Made by a program: the position numbers and the translations under genes. A stretch of 64,000 bases of DNA from the human T2T-CHM13v2.0 reference genome, Homo sapiens, in the NCBI RefSeq assembly GCF_009914755.1, contig NC_060939.1; one strand, 5' to 3'. How positions within the stretch are numbered: the stretch's first letter is position 1; each line of letters opens with the position of its first letter. Below are positions 42,288 to 57,366 of this stretch, piece after piece. The notes below the pieces were generated by a model, which ran no database searches, was not told the DNA's origin, and saw only the letters and a list, made by a program, of their open reading frames with translations.

Positions 42288-42619
42288 TCATCATCATCTT
42301 CTTCTTCTTCCTCTTCCTCTTCTTCCTTCTTCTTCTTCTTCTTCCTTCTTCTTCCTTCTTCTTCTTCCTCTTCTTCTTCTTCCTTCTTTCTTCTTCTTCT
42401 CCCTTCTTCTTCTTCTCCTTCTCCTCTTCTCTTCTTCTTCCTCTTCCTCTTTTCCCTCCCCCTCCCCCTCTTCCTCTTCTTTTTCTTCTCTTCTTCTTCT
42501 TTCTTCCTCTTCCTCTTCTTTCTTCTTTCTTCCTCTTCCTCCTCCTACTCCTCTTCTTCTTCTTTCTTCCTCTTCCTCTTCTTCTTCCTCCTCCTCCTCC
42601 TCTTATTCTTCTTTCTTTT
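42288..42619. repeat. Compound (CTT/CCT)n polypyrimidine tract, the expanded tail of the adjacent Alu
   Basis: About 330 bp almost exclusively C/T, inside the Alu TSD CTGAATA. Confidence 0.95.
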
Positions 42620-42892
42620 GAGTCAGAGTCTCACTCTGTCACCCAGGCTGGAGTGCAATTCCGGCTCACTGCAAACTCCATCTCCCAGGTTCAAGCAATT
42701 CTCCTGCCTCAGGTTCCCGAGCAGCTGGGACCACAGGCGCCCACCACCATGCCCAGCTAACTTTTTGTATTTTTAGCAGAGATGGGGTTTCACCATATTG
42801 GCCAGGCTGGTCTCAAACTCCCGTCCTCATGATCCGCCGCTTTGGCCTCCCAAAGTGCTGGGACCACAGGCATGAGCTACCACACCCGGCCC
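42620..42892 (-). mobile_element. AluS
   Basis: Alu body; TSD CTGAATA at 42281-42287 and 42893-42899. Confidence 0.9.
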
Positions 42893-43051
42893 CTGAATAA
42901 CTTCTTATATGGTTCTTCCCACCCCATCAAACCCAGGGAAGGGTCCTCTAGAATCCTATCACCAACACCAAAATATGTTCAACCTAAAGTAAAAACAATG
43001 GCCACCATTTCTAGCAAGAAAGATGGTTTACTTTTTTCATTGGGCACAGAT

Positions 43052-43054
<3 letters not shown>

Positions 43055-43092
<38 letters not shown>
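43055..43092. repeat. (AC)19 microsatellite
   Basis: Seen directly. Confidence 0.98.
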
Positions 43093-43095
<3 letters not shown>

Positions 43096-44008
43096 GTCTT
43101 AGACAACTTCTGAATGCCCTGGAAAATGACTTTCGACATCCAATATGTAAGATAAAAGCCATAACAATATAAATTGATGGTGGGGAGAAATGGTTCTCCA
43201 AAAATTACACTAGTGATTCTTCTGGGTCTCTTTATCTTTATCTTTGCTGTAGTAATTTGAGATGTTTTATTCTTTCATTAAGCATAAATTTTAAAATCCA
43301 TTACTTTTAATCCAGTTCGGAGGGGCCAACAGGACAGAACACTATTTCTTTTCAGGACATAGTTCTCTTCTGGTAACAGGGAAGCTTTCCATTTCAAGTG
43401 TGATCTGATCATCTTCCACAGTCAAACTATTGACTTTTCTCTTTTGTCATCTATCCTCACTCATCAGCTGCCCCATACTTTCAGAAACTTTGAGAGCTTG
43501 ATGACATCCCAACCTAATAAGCATACAATATAATCTTATCACATATTTACAAATAATGTCTTTTCCATATAATATATACAACAAGAAACCCTTCTAAATC
43601 ATCCATGAGGAATAAACTTAACCTGTGTGTAGAGGAAATTAAGTGCTGCTTTTTTTCCCCCTAAGGTAAAATGTGTTATTTGGCTAAATTTTTATCCTGA
43701 AATAGTCCAAGGAGACGTGTCTACATTACGGACTAATAGATTGCAAAAATTTTCTGGACAATAAAAATGGTGATTTAAATATTAATGAAAAGAAAAAAGT
43801 GAGAGCACTTACTGTTTTATTTATTTACCTTATAACTTCAGAAATATTTTACAATATAAATTATATATATAATAAAAATTATTTTGTAACAGCCAGTAGA
43901 CCTATATTTTGGGGGAGTGGTGAGCTTGGAAAAATGAATGAAAGAAGAAATACTTCCTTTCCCTACAGTCCTAGTAAAAGGACTTCAGGGGTTGCATGGC
44001 AAGTTTGA

Positions 44009-44458
<450 letters not shown>

Positions 44459-44559
44459 TAAAAAAAATTGTATCTAAAATAAGTATGTTTTATTCCTACC
44501 CTTGATTTCTTCCTATTTTCCAGTACCAATAACTTTTCAAAGAACTTACAGTAGTCATT

Positions 44560-44929
44560 TGATATGGTTTGGCTGTGTCCCCACCCAAATCTCATCTTGA
44601 ATTGTTGCTCCCACAATTCCCACGTGTCGTGGGAGGGACCTAGTGGGAGGTAATTGAAACATGGGGGCGGGTCTTTCTCATGCTATTCCCATGATAGGGA
44701 ATAAGTCTCACGAGATCTGATGGTTTTATAAAGAGGAGTTCCTTTGCATAAGCTCTCTCTCTTTGCCTGCTGCCATCCACATAAGATGTGACTTGCTCCT
44801 CCCTGCCTTCCGCCATGATTGTGAGGCCTCCCCAGTTATGTGTAACTGTAAGTAAATTAGTTTCTTTCTTTTGTAAATTGCCCAGTCTTGAGTATGTCTT
44901 TATGAGCAGTGTGAAAATGGAATAACACA
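44560..44929 (+). mobile_element. THE1B solo LTR
   Basis: TGATATGGTTTGGCTGTGTCCCCACCCAAATCTC start; GCCATCCACATAAGATGTGACTTGCTCC; near-TSD TCATT/CCATT. Confidence 0.9.
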
Positions 44930-45169
44930 CCATTTTTCTCTAAAGAAGTACTTTTCAAATTAAAATTTTCAATGAAAATTAAGTAATTACTTAATCTATT
45001 TCTTTTATATTTACAAATAAATAGTATCGAATTAAGTGGAAATTTGTTTAGCTAACATTCTTGTTTACTTGAGGAAGTTACCTGTATGTCCAGAAATATC
45101 TAGACTAGATTTCTCTGGCACATTCTTCCTGATGAGATTCTGGACTGACTCAATTATCATTTTATCTTT

Positions 45170-45172
<3 letters not shown>

Positions 45173-45209
<37 letters not shown>
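45173..45209. repeat. Poly-T run (37 nt)
   Basis: Seen directly; no attached retroelement recognised. Confidence 0.95.
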
Positions 45210-45212
<3 letters not shown>

Positions 45213-47601
45213 TGAGACCACTTGTTCACTATAAAGAATCCTAAAGAAATAACTCTGAAATGATAATAAGAGCTCATAGAGGCAGCTATTAAAGCTGGGG
45301 CAAAATGGAAAAATCATCCAAATGCTATTAATAATCTTTGAGGCAATGAACTTATTAAAGACAAGCTAGTGAAAGCAGAATGGAAAACAAATATAGTTTG
45401 CTTCATGAATTCACCTGTCCTGGGTAAAAAACATCACTTTATTGTCAAATAAATATTTGAGTTTCATCACAGACTAGGTAGATTAAAAAACACAAACTAC
45501 TAACCCTTCCATTAACATGAGAATTGCCAGGTATTACAATACTGTAGCAGCAGTGAATTTTCCAGACAAACACCAAGAACTGGATCCAGTCCAGATGTGA
45601 TGATAGCACATTAATAAGCTAATTCCTTTAGCTACCTCTTCATTTTCTGAGACTCATTCGCAGAGTGGCAATGCCATTAACTCTGGATGAGGTGCTTCGC
45701 CCAATGAATACCTCTTGATTAAATCATTGATTGGGCCTTCTCTGCTCACTTCACTCTCCATCCCTATGGGAAATAAACTCTTGCACAGCATCCTTCAAAG
45801 GACACAGAATAGGCAACATAAGCAGTAGGAGCATATAGTGACTAAATGAACAAATGACTGAATAAATAGTTCATAAGACATTGAGAGTTAAACTAGCATT
45901 GCTAGGTTAGTGGACATTATCTAGAGTAAAAGAATTGTAAAGTCTAAAGACAATAAAAATATTGATCTATCCAGTACATTATCCTGTTTATTCAATTTAG
46001 AAAACTTTGTCTGAAAAGGTAAATTTAAATCCTTAGTTTATTAAAATTTTTGGGAGGGGACTGGTGAGATGTATACTTATTTGAAAAAGTTTTTCTTTTT
46101 TAAATTATCTATCATAATTTTCTGCTAAGAGAACTAAGAGGTATTTTTGTTCTCCCCTGAAGATTATCTAAGAGTATTATGGCTTTGCTATTTAGGGGAA
46201 AATGCTAGAAAACTTCTGACCAAGGCAAATTATCTGTCACTGTAAGCACTTTTCCTCTGAGGAAAGGAATTTCATGGGAGAAGCAACAGGTGCCTTTTCT
46301 TTTTTTGACGCAGTAGTATACAGCAAAAAGAAGACAATAGAAAAAAGTTGTTAAAATGTGACACAAGACTGAAGTCTACAATACCAACTCTTAATGAAAT
46401 AAATATCGTACAGCATATCCACAATGCTGAAATTGGGCTGAAATGTTACAACTCAGTAAACAGGCTTTATTTAAAAAAATCTTTTTATGAGTCAAGAGAT
46501 GATATATTAGAAAAATAATGTTCACAAAAAATCTAGTTTTTAACAACTGGCACCACAAAGCACTTATTATCTCTGATTAGTAAAACAGTTTGTTTGAAAG
46601 CAGTCAGTTTTGAAGATTACAGACAGGAGGGCAAGTTTAAAAACATATGAGGTTTATACAGAGGGCTATTATTTTACAAACAACAAATGATTTAAAATAG
46701 TCTGAACTAACATTATTTGCAGTTACTTTCATGTTACAGAACTCAATAAATAATGTTTTTTAAAAACTTCGCACAGTTCTTCTTGATCTACTTGTAATTG
46801 TAGGGCATTATTAGTTTCGTGTGTATCATGTTTCCAGATCTGAGTGTTGAAAGATTTATTCATGTTGAGCTGTGCCCCAGGGTAATTTTAGTTTTCATAA
46901 AACCTAATTCTACAATTATAACCATCTGAGAAAATGAATATTCTTCCTACGAACAGTGTAGTAAGAAGATACATTTTTATTATAAGCCTGATTTTCACAA
47001 GTGATTATTTTTTTCATTTTCCTTAAACTCCTTACTTAAATTTTTTTTTCTTATTAGACCCTCAACCCACAAATGTTCAACTGTCATAAAAGATCAGTGT
47101 TACTGAACTGCCGGCATTAATCTTTTGTTTGAAATGTATAAAGACAAATAAAGGAGACATTGCAAAATGTCTTTGTGCAGTAGAAGCAGATATTGAAATG
47201 ATAAATAACATAACCTGTAAACACTAGCTATAATGTTCTTGGATAGAAGAAATTTCTAAATATCAAAGACAGTGGCATCACTGTCAGGTACTCCATAAAT
47301 AAACCACGGACAATACCTGACACTGGACCTTTCATTCTTGCAATGCTATGCTGAATAAGCATGCTCCCCTTGCCTGTCTGAATTCTATATGCCCATTTCC
47401 AGAAATGCTGCTGCAGATAAGTTACAGTGTCATGTTCATTTTGTCAACTACATACTGATTATCCTTTCCTATCTGTAGTTTGGGAACATTATCAAGGTCA
47501 GATGCAAATTCTCAGAAAACCTTCCCTAATGTAGCTATATTTCATAATTTCTATAAGGGGCTTTCATAAATAAACTTTGCAGAAACACACACGTATTTTC
47601 C

Positions 47602-47703
47602 AAGATTTTACCTTTAGGAAAAAGGAAAGGTTTACCAGTAAGATTTTACTTTTAGGGAAGATTTTACTTTTAGGAAAAAGGAAAGACTTACCAGTAAGGT
47701 TTT
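47602..47703. repeat. Short compound tandem duplication (38-bp unit x2 with an 18-bp partial unit between)
   Basis: AAGATTTTAC(C/T)TTTAGG occurs three times; AAAAAGGAAAG..TTACCAGTAAG twice. Confidence 0.9.
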
Positions 47704-50700
47704 GGAAATTTAAAACCAAAAGGAGAATAAGTCTAGTCATTCATTGTATGTATTTTCATTTAATCACTAAAAATGTGATATTTGAGGATGACATATCTAA
47801 TTTTTTTTGAGGTACGTTTACAATGACCCTACTTTCTCTACCTTCCTAACCGCTTCCTATTTATTTTATTTTGACAAATTACTTATGAAGCATTTGCAAC
47901 TGATGCACATATCACAAAATTATTTCTGCCAAGCTTCCTCTGTGACCTGCCCGTGGGACATGACATGCTCCAAGATGCATCGCTCTATCAACCCGCATTT
48001 TTCCAGGACAATGCAAATTATGACAAATCCCATCATCCTGCATTATGTGCTTCATGCTAATCTCACTAATTCTAAAGAATCAGGAGAGCTTGTTGTTCTG
48101 CTGAAGGGCATACTGTCTGATTGAATGATAGGAAAACATTTGCCATCCCCTTCTCACAATCCCAGCTGTGGCCACCACTGCCCCACTTCTGCCAGGCAAC
48201 TGCTCTTGCTGTGTAACTTCCATATCAGAATTAGCTTTACATCAGCTGAGCTTTTTAACAGGAAACTACACATCACCAAAAAAAGATAGTTCTAAAGTCC
48301 AGAAAATAAAAGGCTTTTGGGGGTAAAATGAAAAGAGGAACTTGTATTTTTACCGACTGTTGGATACCTGTATTCATTTCTACTTATTTTAAATGAAGAT
48401 TAAAATCAAACTTATCATTTCTATGATAAAAGCCAGATGGTTTCTAGACTTAGAAGTTTCTGGCTGCTGGATCACTACAAATGAGATGGCTCTTAAAACA
48501 GCTAACCTTGAGGACAATTCCTCTGGGCTTCAGAAGGTGGCAGTATTACTACATGAAACAAGCTTAAGGTTTCCGTGCTATTCCATGGCCACATTGCTGA
48601 AATAAACATGTTTAATTCCCAAAGAAACATATATTTTATCCCCTGGCATAATTTACTTATAACATTAAAACTCAAACATGGAGCAATTTGTAGCAATAAC
48701 CATGATTATGCTGTTAGTGGCCCAAATGTCACTGTCTAGATTAGGCTAAATGATACCTAGCACCGAAGAGCTTCTGTGATTTATTTTTTATGATCATGGG
48801 TAGAACTTGCATGCTTAAAAGGCTCACCAGAAAACTGCCTTCAATAAATAAAAAAGGATGAAAAGATTGAAAGAATCTCATATTATTGTTCAGAGATGTG
48901 ATTGTAAAAAATTGTCATAGGAATGAGGCAAATTTTAAATCTCAGAGACATTTTCAGAAAAAGAGGTAAATATCTTGAACATTTCTAATGTTATGTTTTA
49001 GATTCTAAACTATTTTGCTGAAAGCAAATAACTCATCTTATAAATTAAAATGTATCTAAACTGTTTTGTCCTTTATGAATGTTTCCTGAAATGTCAGAAC
49101 AAAATAAAGGTTTTAAATACATGTAATGCACTAAAATTGATTATTTTAGCTACTTTTAGAAAATGTAGTAAATATAAATCTGCTGATAAATGTTAAGACT
49201 AAAATACCCTATTCAAACCTTCAATAATTTACTTTTGGGAGTTCTGGTCTAATGCGTACTGCTACCTGGAAACTATATTGTAGGCTCTTTTGGCCATTAT
49301 CATACATTAAATTGAAATTGTTATGCATACTCAAAATAAAAGTAAACCACACTAAAGTTGAAAAGAAATGTAAGCCATATTAACTAAAGTTGGAAAGGTT
49401 TTGCAATGAACACACATTTTACCACTTACTAAAACAAGGGCAAATTGAAGCCAGCATTTACATCTGTGCCTTAATGGAATGTTGCATAATTGGTTTAATG
49501 TTTTAGTGAGTCCTTTAGATGAGCTTAGTAGGTACACAGCACAAATCAACATTAAGGTATTACAAAGAAGAGACAGGAAGATCTTTAGCTTTCTACTTTA
49601 CTTCCAGCGAGACCCAATCCCCTCAGAGGAATATGACGATGTGAACATCATTTCTGCAAAGGCACTGGGCACACCCTGCACATGCTGTAGCTTGTTGACA
49701 TGAACCAGGGCAGGCAGACACCAATAATACATGAAGTGCAGTTCAGAGGCAATTAGGATCAGTTGTCAAGGCCAGGCCATTAATGAAAGAACATGTCAGA
49801 GGAGCTGGAGACTTCAATGGTTGAGGGCAAGAAGGCGATTTAGTGTGACAGATCGAGTCCTTCCAATGTCCTCAGTGGTACATGCTAATACCAGCCTTAA
49901 CAACCTTTTGTGGCAGTGTATAATGTGACTAACATGGACTTTGATTCAGCAAAATGACTGCTGCCACTGTTAGTCTGTCTCATTTCGAACAACAGTAAAA
50001 GCATTGCTACAAATAATTACCCACTTCCGTCCCCCTTTCTGCCACTTAAAGCATCCGCCCTTTGTGCATGCCATAGTTGTTTGTTGCCAGAAGGTTAGGA
50101 TGTTTATCACTTTTGGTTTGTGTGATACTTTTTTTTTTTGTCAGCACATATAATCCCAAGTAACTAATTATAATATATTTTAGAAGGCAAAATAATTAAT
50201 TAAACCTATCACATTCTCGTGTAGTTATTAACAATTTCCAACACAAGTAAAATATGTCTAAAAGAAACAATATCCACCATGTAACTTACAGACAATAAGT
50301 GAAGTTGCTTACCTAGGCTCCAAAACCATTAGCCAAAAACTAACCTAACATTCAAAGAAGTGAATGCAGGAGCATTACAGAAAAATCACCCACTGCCATT
50401 TTTTGTTAAGTTTCACAATTTGACAGTGATTTAAAATAAAAACCTACATGCCTACAAGCTGAAAATCAACAATAAGTAGGAAAAATATATTAAACATTGG
50501 TTAGTAATCCAGGTAAATTACACCAAGGGATGGCTAATGGTTTTGGAGCCTAGGTAATCAACTTCCTTTATTGTCTGTGAGTAACTTACATGGTGGACAT
50601 TGTTTCTTTTAGACACATTTGACTTACGTTGGGAATCCTTAGAAACTACATGAGAATGGGATAGGTTAAATTATTTATTTTACCTTCTAAAATCTATTAT

Positions 50701-53700
50701 AATAAATTACTTGGGATTATACATGCTGACAAAAAATAAGCATCACATAAACCAAAAGTGACAAACATCCTAACCTTCTACAGATTTTTATGTTATGACA
50801 AAACTCCACAGCATCACACTCTTGTCTTTATGGAGGCCTGTTATTTGTTAATTTTTGGCTCTTCTTTCATATTTTATGCTCATTTGGATAAGATATTCTT
50901 ATGAAGATGAAAATTAAGTCAGAAGAAAAATGGCTTAAATTTTCTTATAATCTCTTAATGTTCTCACCTCCTCCCAATTTTCCAGGATTTACTTCCAGAA
51001 TCTCAGCTACAAAAGATGATGTGATATCTTAGGCTTAAGGTGATAGCTCAGCCTTGTCTGCCTATGAATGACTAGACAGATATGAAGAAGGGTATGTGGA
51101 TAGAGATTAATGGAAATTATATTGTCAGGTAGGTATTTTCTTGAGAGATATATATTTTTTTCTGGGTCTTATTTTTCTTCTTTTCTGAGATAGTCCTCAC
51201 TTTATTTCCTATTTCATACACCACTGTTCTCTTCTTTTGCTATTTTGTTCAGTTCTCTTTGCTCACTTAGTTTTTTTCTGACCTTAGTCACTGCCACTCT
51301 ACTCCTCTAATACTTAATTCATTTCCAGTCTTCTTGCTTCCTCATATAAATGCTTTTTCCTCCTTTCTCAGGAGAGCTTTCAAAACTGAGCCCTAAAAGG
51401 AGAAGTAGTGTAAAAAAATTATCAATACAAATATCTAAATGTTCATGTAATCTCAAAAAGCATTCTCATAAATCATTTATTTTTTGATGAAAATTTGGGA
51501 AAAAATTGCCATGCTAAAAATGTATTCTTTATAGTTGTATCCAAAGTAAACACGCTCCAGACACCTGATAGTGTTATTAACTTATTGTTACATTAACCAC
51601 ATACCACAAATGTAAATTGTCTACCTGGTCCTAACCAATAATAAATATATCTCATTCTAAAGAGAGGATTCAGTAGATCAATGATCTACTCTTGGTTACT
51701 CTGAAAGATATCTAGCTTAACATTAGCCCTCCAAATCTGGGTCTGCCATGAGACTGATACTTCTGTACCTTGATATGAGAATATTTGATATTATTTTCCC
51801 TGCTAAATGTTCAGGACTAATATGATAACAGAATTTGTTCAACTGGTGACTGGGATAAGTCTTCATTATTTTTTTCGGCTGCTGGCCTTCATGACATGGA
51901 AGTAGGACTACAGAGCTAAAAGTCAATACTGCAAAGTTAGTGATGATTTTACCCACTGGTAGGATCAGGATTTTAGAAAGTGCCAAAATGAAAATAATTT
52001 TATATTTATTCATTTGAACAACAGAAAATGCATATTTTTAAAAAAGAAATGCTGGGAAACTTGCTACTTTTTAGAAAATGTACTTTTTTTTAAAAGTGAA
52101 CAACTTTTTTGAGATGGCTTTTGAAACTCAGTTCAGTTTCTCACCCTTTGCCTGAAAATCTGGCATTTCTCATCTGTCGTAATATGTTTACTTTGAATAT
52201 AACATTTTAAAGGTATTATTTTGCCTCCTAAAAACTTACTCCTAGGTTTGTTTTCCTTTACAAGCATAATTATATTTAGTTTCTTCAATCATTATCTCAT
52301 ATTTTAATAATATGCTGCCATTTGGGTACAGCTATAACCATAATAATGAACATAAGGTTCAAAGATCACTAGATATATAGATGGCATGAACCATTAGCAA
52401 GAAATATTCTACAGCATAGAGAGCACACATTTTAAAAACTCTGAAATTCACTATAGAATTTGCTATTCTGACTAAGGCAGCTTTCTGTGTAATTAACATA
52501 TATCTCTTTATAAAACATGCTAGTTTTAATAACAAATAGGGACTTTTTCCAGGAAAAATAAAGAATAGAGCACAAATAAAATTGTAATATGAATAATTTA
52601 GTTATCTCTTTCTCATATCTCATAATGACATTGTGCAGCTATAATGGACCTAAACCGGAACTATTTTCTTTAAAAAAATAGGCTTATCTCCTTTTCCTGT
52701 ATGCCATTGAAATTCATATCATCACTTCCACACAAAAACACATAATTAATCCTAATTGTTTCCAACACTCTGAGCAGGAGAAGTGGAGTCTGTGGTTTCT
52801 CCTTTTATGTGTGTTGAGTCTTTCTGGCCACAAGGGCACCATTTAGTAAATTACTTCCTCCAAAACGCTGACCAGTGCCCTCTTGGCCTGAAAGAGTTAG
52901 TGTAGTTGCAAGAGGTGAGTCATTGAATTCCTTTGTGACAGAAAGATGAAACTCAGTGATTGCTCAGGGGTGTCCTATTCTGCTACTGAATGATGATCTA
53001 GCAAGGGGGAAAAATTGCTTCTGAAATGCAGGTCTTCATAAGACAAAGGAAGAGGATGCACTGTAAACGCACAGAGGTGGTGGATGTGAAAGGAATGTAA
53101 TGGTGTCCCTGACTGGTGCAGAATTAAAATGGAAACAGAATGAAATCTTCCCTAGTGGTGATTCTTCAACTTTGTTAGGACTTTTGTCCAAGATTAGCTA
53201 ATTCTGCATCATTGTCTTATTTATCTTGGGTGACACTTGTTAGCATAAGGGGCACAGTTACCATAAAACCATTGGCAATCCAACCTCTAGCCTCTAAGTC
53301 CTACTCAGTAGGGAGAGAGCTTCACATCTCAGCCAGTCCAGTTGTTTGCTCCAACTTTGACTAACTCAGCCCTTTCTCAGTGAACTGGCTTTGGCACGAC
53401 CACACTCCTCAAAGTGCCCTAGTTCCTGAATTGACTCCGTATATAGCCAGTTGTTTCCCTGCTTCGAAAATGCTGTAATGCCACTCCTATCCCCCTTTCC
53501 TCCTACTCCATCCCCAACCCAAATGCCCCTCTTGTTTCCTGAATCTATCCTACTCCCTCAGTCCTTGAAGAACTATAACAATTGTTTCCTTAGTTAGGAC
53601 TAGATTCTTGAGGGAGTTGCCTTTGAAGCTGCCTTAGACTTGCTGTTCCCCTAAATTTCCATCTCATATCCCTCTGGCGATTACTGTTGCTATTAATATA

Positions 53701-53914
53701 GTCTTTAAATAGTTCTTTGCTTTCAGACAGTAGGTTTGTAGTATTGTCCTTTCAAGATCAGTTGGTTCATGTCCATGAGGATTGAGCTGTAGACACTACT
53801 AGTTGCAACAAGAAATCCTCCTTGCAACTTCAACTTCAACAGTACCTCCTGTTGGTTCTCTTTAGTCTCCTTTGCCGTTTTTTTTGTCTTCAATGTCTGC
53901 TAACTCTGATTGTA

Positions 53915-54255
53915 TTAATTCATTAAATTTATCTTTGTGTGCACCTACTACACACTATATACTGTGCTTGAGATACAACAGTGAACCAAAACAGGTATAG
54001 TCCCTTTTACACAGAGCCTAGTCTAGCAAAGGAGTCAAACTTAATAAAACAATCCCACAGATAGATATAAAACTGCAGCTGTGACATATGAGATAAAGGT
54101 GAGGTGCAAAGAGCTATAAGAACTGGATCAGGGAGGCCACTGGAGTGAGGGAAGGTTTTCCTAAAGCTATGAGACTTGTACAGAAATCAAAGAGAAGACA
54201 AACAGCTAGTTAGTCGGGAACAGGATGAGATATGTGCAAAGGTCCTGTTGCATGG
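53915..54255 (-). mobile_element. L2 3' fragment
   Basis: GCACCTACTA...ACTGTGCTTGAGATACAACAGTGAAC...CTAGTCTAG motifs. Confidence 0.65.
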
Positions 54256-55007
54256 TGAGTTCACGGGGCTCAGTGACATTGCCTTTCCTCACAGTCCCAA
54301 TCCTCCCTCCTAGTGCCATGTCAGCATTCAGAGTTGAAGGGCAGTTGCTGGAACCACCCTGCTCGCAGGGAGGCTGCTCTTCCTTAACTAACACACCACG
54401 ATCTCACCTCTACGAACTAGCTAAGAAACCAAGCCTGTGAAGAAGGCTAATATGGGCCACTACCCACTTTTCATTGTGTTACCATCAAAACTAACCAGGC
54501 CCACATTTAATTTCAGTCCAAGCCTCCCAAGTCATTTTCATTAAACCCATCTGCTACCCATCTCTGACCTCCCAAAGCCTTTCCTTGGACCCTATGGAAA
54601 TCAGAATCTCTCAGTAACAAAATCCCCCCAAGTCCACAGTTATTTCTGTTGACTTTTTCTTCACCTTTTTGCTCACAGTGAAGACAGGACTCTAAGTCTG
54701 CATCTTTTCCTGAGTACTTCAAAATGAAAGTTGCTTTATCTTTCCCACCCACGTTCTAGGACCTGGAGGTAATGTGTCTTCTCTAGCTCTTTAAAATCTC
54801 CAGTCTCTTAGAAGTACAAACCACTACCAGACTACACCACCACTTTCATTGTCTTCCTCCATGCCATTACTCCTGTCATCATCCTTGATGGCTTCCACAT
54901 CTAGGTAGATAATCCATCTGACACTGTGGACTCTCAGGTGTCTGAATTCTACAATACCAACAATCCTTTCCTCCACCCCACACCAATCACTCATTCCCAT
55001 GGTCACA

Positions 55008-55594
<587 letters not shown>

Positions 55595-56126
55595 GTTGGC
55601 CTTGTCATCACCAATAACCACATTACTTCTAAAATTTTGATTTTTAAGTGCAGATTTGCTAACTACCATCTTCTAATTTTAAAGCCTACTTATTCTAGCT
55701 CCCTTCGTCTAAAATTTTTATATCTCTTTCAGACCTCCAATTTATTGACCCTACCACTTTTTACTATACCACTCTCACTCCCAATATGCTCACGTCCTTC
55801 TTTATCTGGCTCAGATTCTAGGCTCTATCACTTTAATCATACACATAATTCCTTTGCTCCTTGCTACTCTATTGTATTTTCTTGTCAAAATCTCTAAAGC
55901 TACACCCAACTCTCCAGCTACTTTGTGCCACTATTCAAGCTCCTGAATGTTACTAGAGAAAAACACATAACTGGAGACAGATTTCACATTACATTTATGA
56001 TGATAAATTTCAAGCAGGTATTTAATGCTGCCCAATCTTACTATATTTTCCTAGTACTTTAACTTTCTCTTTCTCCTGACAACCATTTTTTATCTCATAT
56101 TCTCTAACCTGATGGCCTGGCTTCTT

Positions 56127-56311
<185 letters not shown>

Positions 56312-57366
56312 TAGCCTGATGAGCCCATATGCTGCACCTTCCCTAGGATCACAATAGAATTATCCCTGCTCCTATCTAAGACTAATCACTCCACTTCAAG
56401 TTCCAACCTATCTTGCCAACACACAGATTTAGATTCTGGAATTATGATTTCACTGTCCCGTGTCTTCAGTTTTATCCTTTTTCATGAATTATACCCATTA
56501 ACATAAAAAAAGTGCTATAATGACTCCAAACTTGAAACCAGTATTTTTTAGCCCCTTGTCCTCAACTTTCTGTCAACTGCCTTTTTTCTGTTCCCCTTTA
56601 CAGCAAAGCCCCTTGAAAGTGAAATCTATATCCACTCTTTTCCCTCCCTCAGTTTTTTTTTTTTTTTAAACCTATTAGGTTTTCATCTCCACTGATCTGT
56701 TGAATCTGGTCTTGTCTAAGTTCTCAACAATTTTCATTTTGACAAATCCTGAGGCCAGTTCCTGTCCTTTTCTTATTGTATTCAGAGCAGCATTTGTCCC
56801 TTGACCTAATTCTTTATTTTTTTCCCCCAGTCTCTCATTTCTTCTTCTGAGAGACCACATTTTTTTTTGGTAAGGAGATTGCCTGATCTTATTAAAAGTG
56901 CTATAGGACTTGATCTCTCTCCTCTTCACTTCTCTATCTTTTCTCTATAGGTGACTTTACTCAGTTCCTAGACTTTAATCTCTATCTATATGCTGTGATT
57001 TTTCCATTTTATATCTATAGCTCTGACTTTGAGTTCTAGATTCACAATCATCTACCTGCTTGATACAGCCACTTAGTGGTCTACTAGATACAGTCAATTT
57101 AACCTGCTCCAGCCACCCCTGTCAAAAAAACTTTCTCTCCACTAACAAACCCTCTCCTTCCCTACACTTCTCCATCTCAATTTATAAGACTACCATTTAT
57201 TTGGTGGCCAAGGCAAAAACCTAGGTTTCATCCTTAATTTCTACCCTTCCATCACCAATCATCAGCAACCTCTGTTAATTCTACCTCCAGATTATGTGCC
57301 AAATCCACTGCTCTTTATCTTATTATTGCCTCCCATCTCTCCAATCTTATCTCTAACATTTTCTTT

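Noticed and set aside
47602-47703. CRISPR-like repeat array
   Set aside because: No unique spacers, only 2-3 units, eukaryotic DNA.
54350-54380. Possible CTCF site (CTCGCAGGGAGGC)
   Set aside because: Only a partial match to the core consensus.
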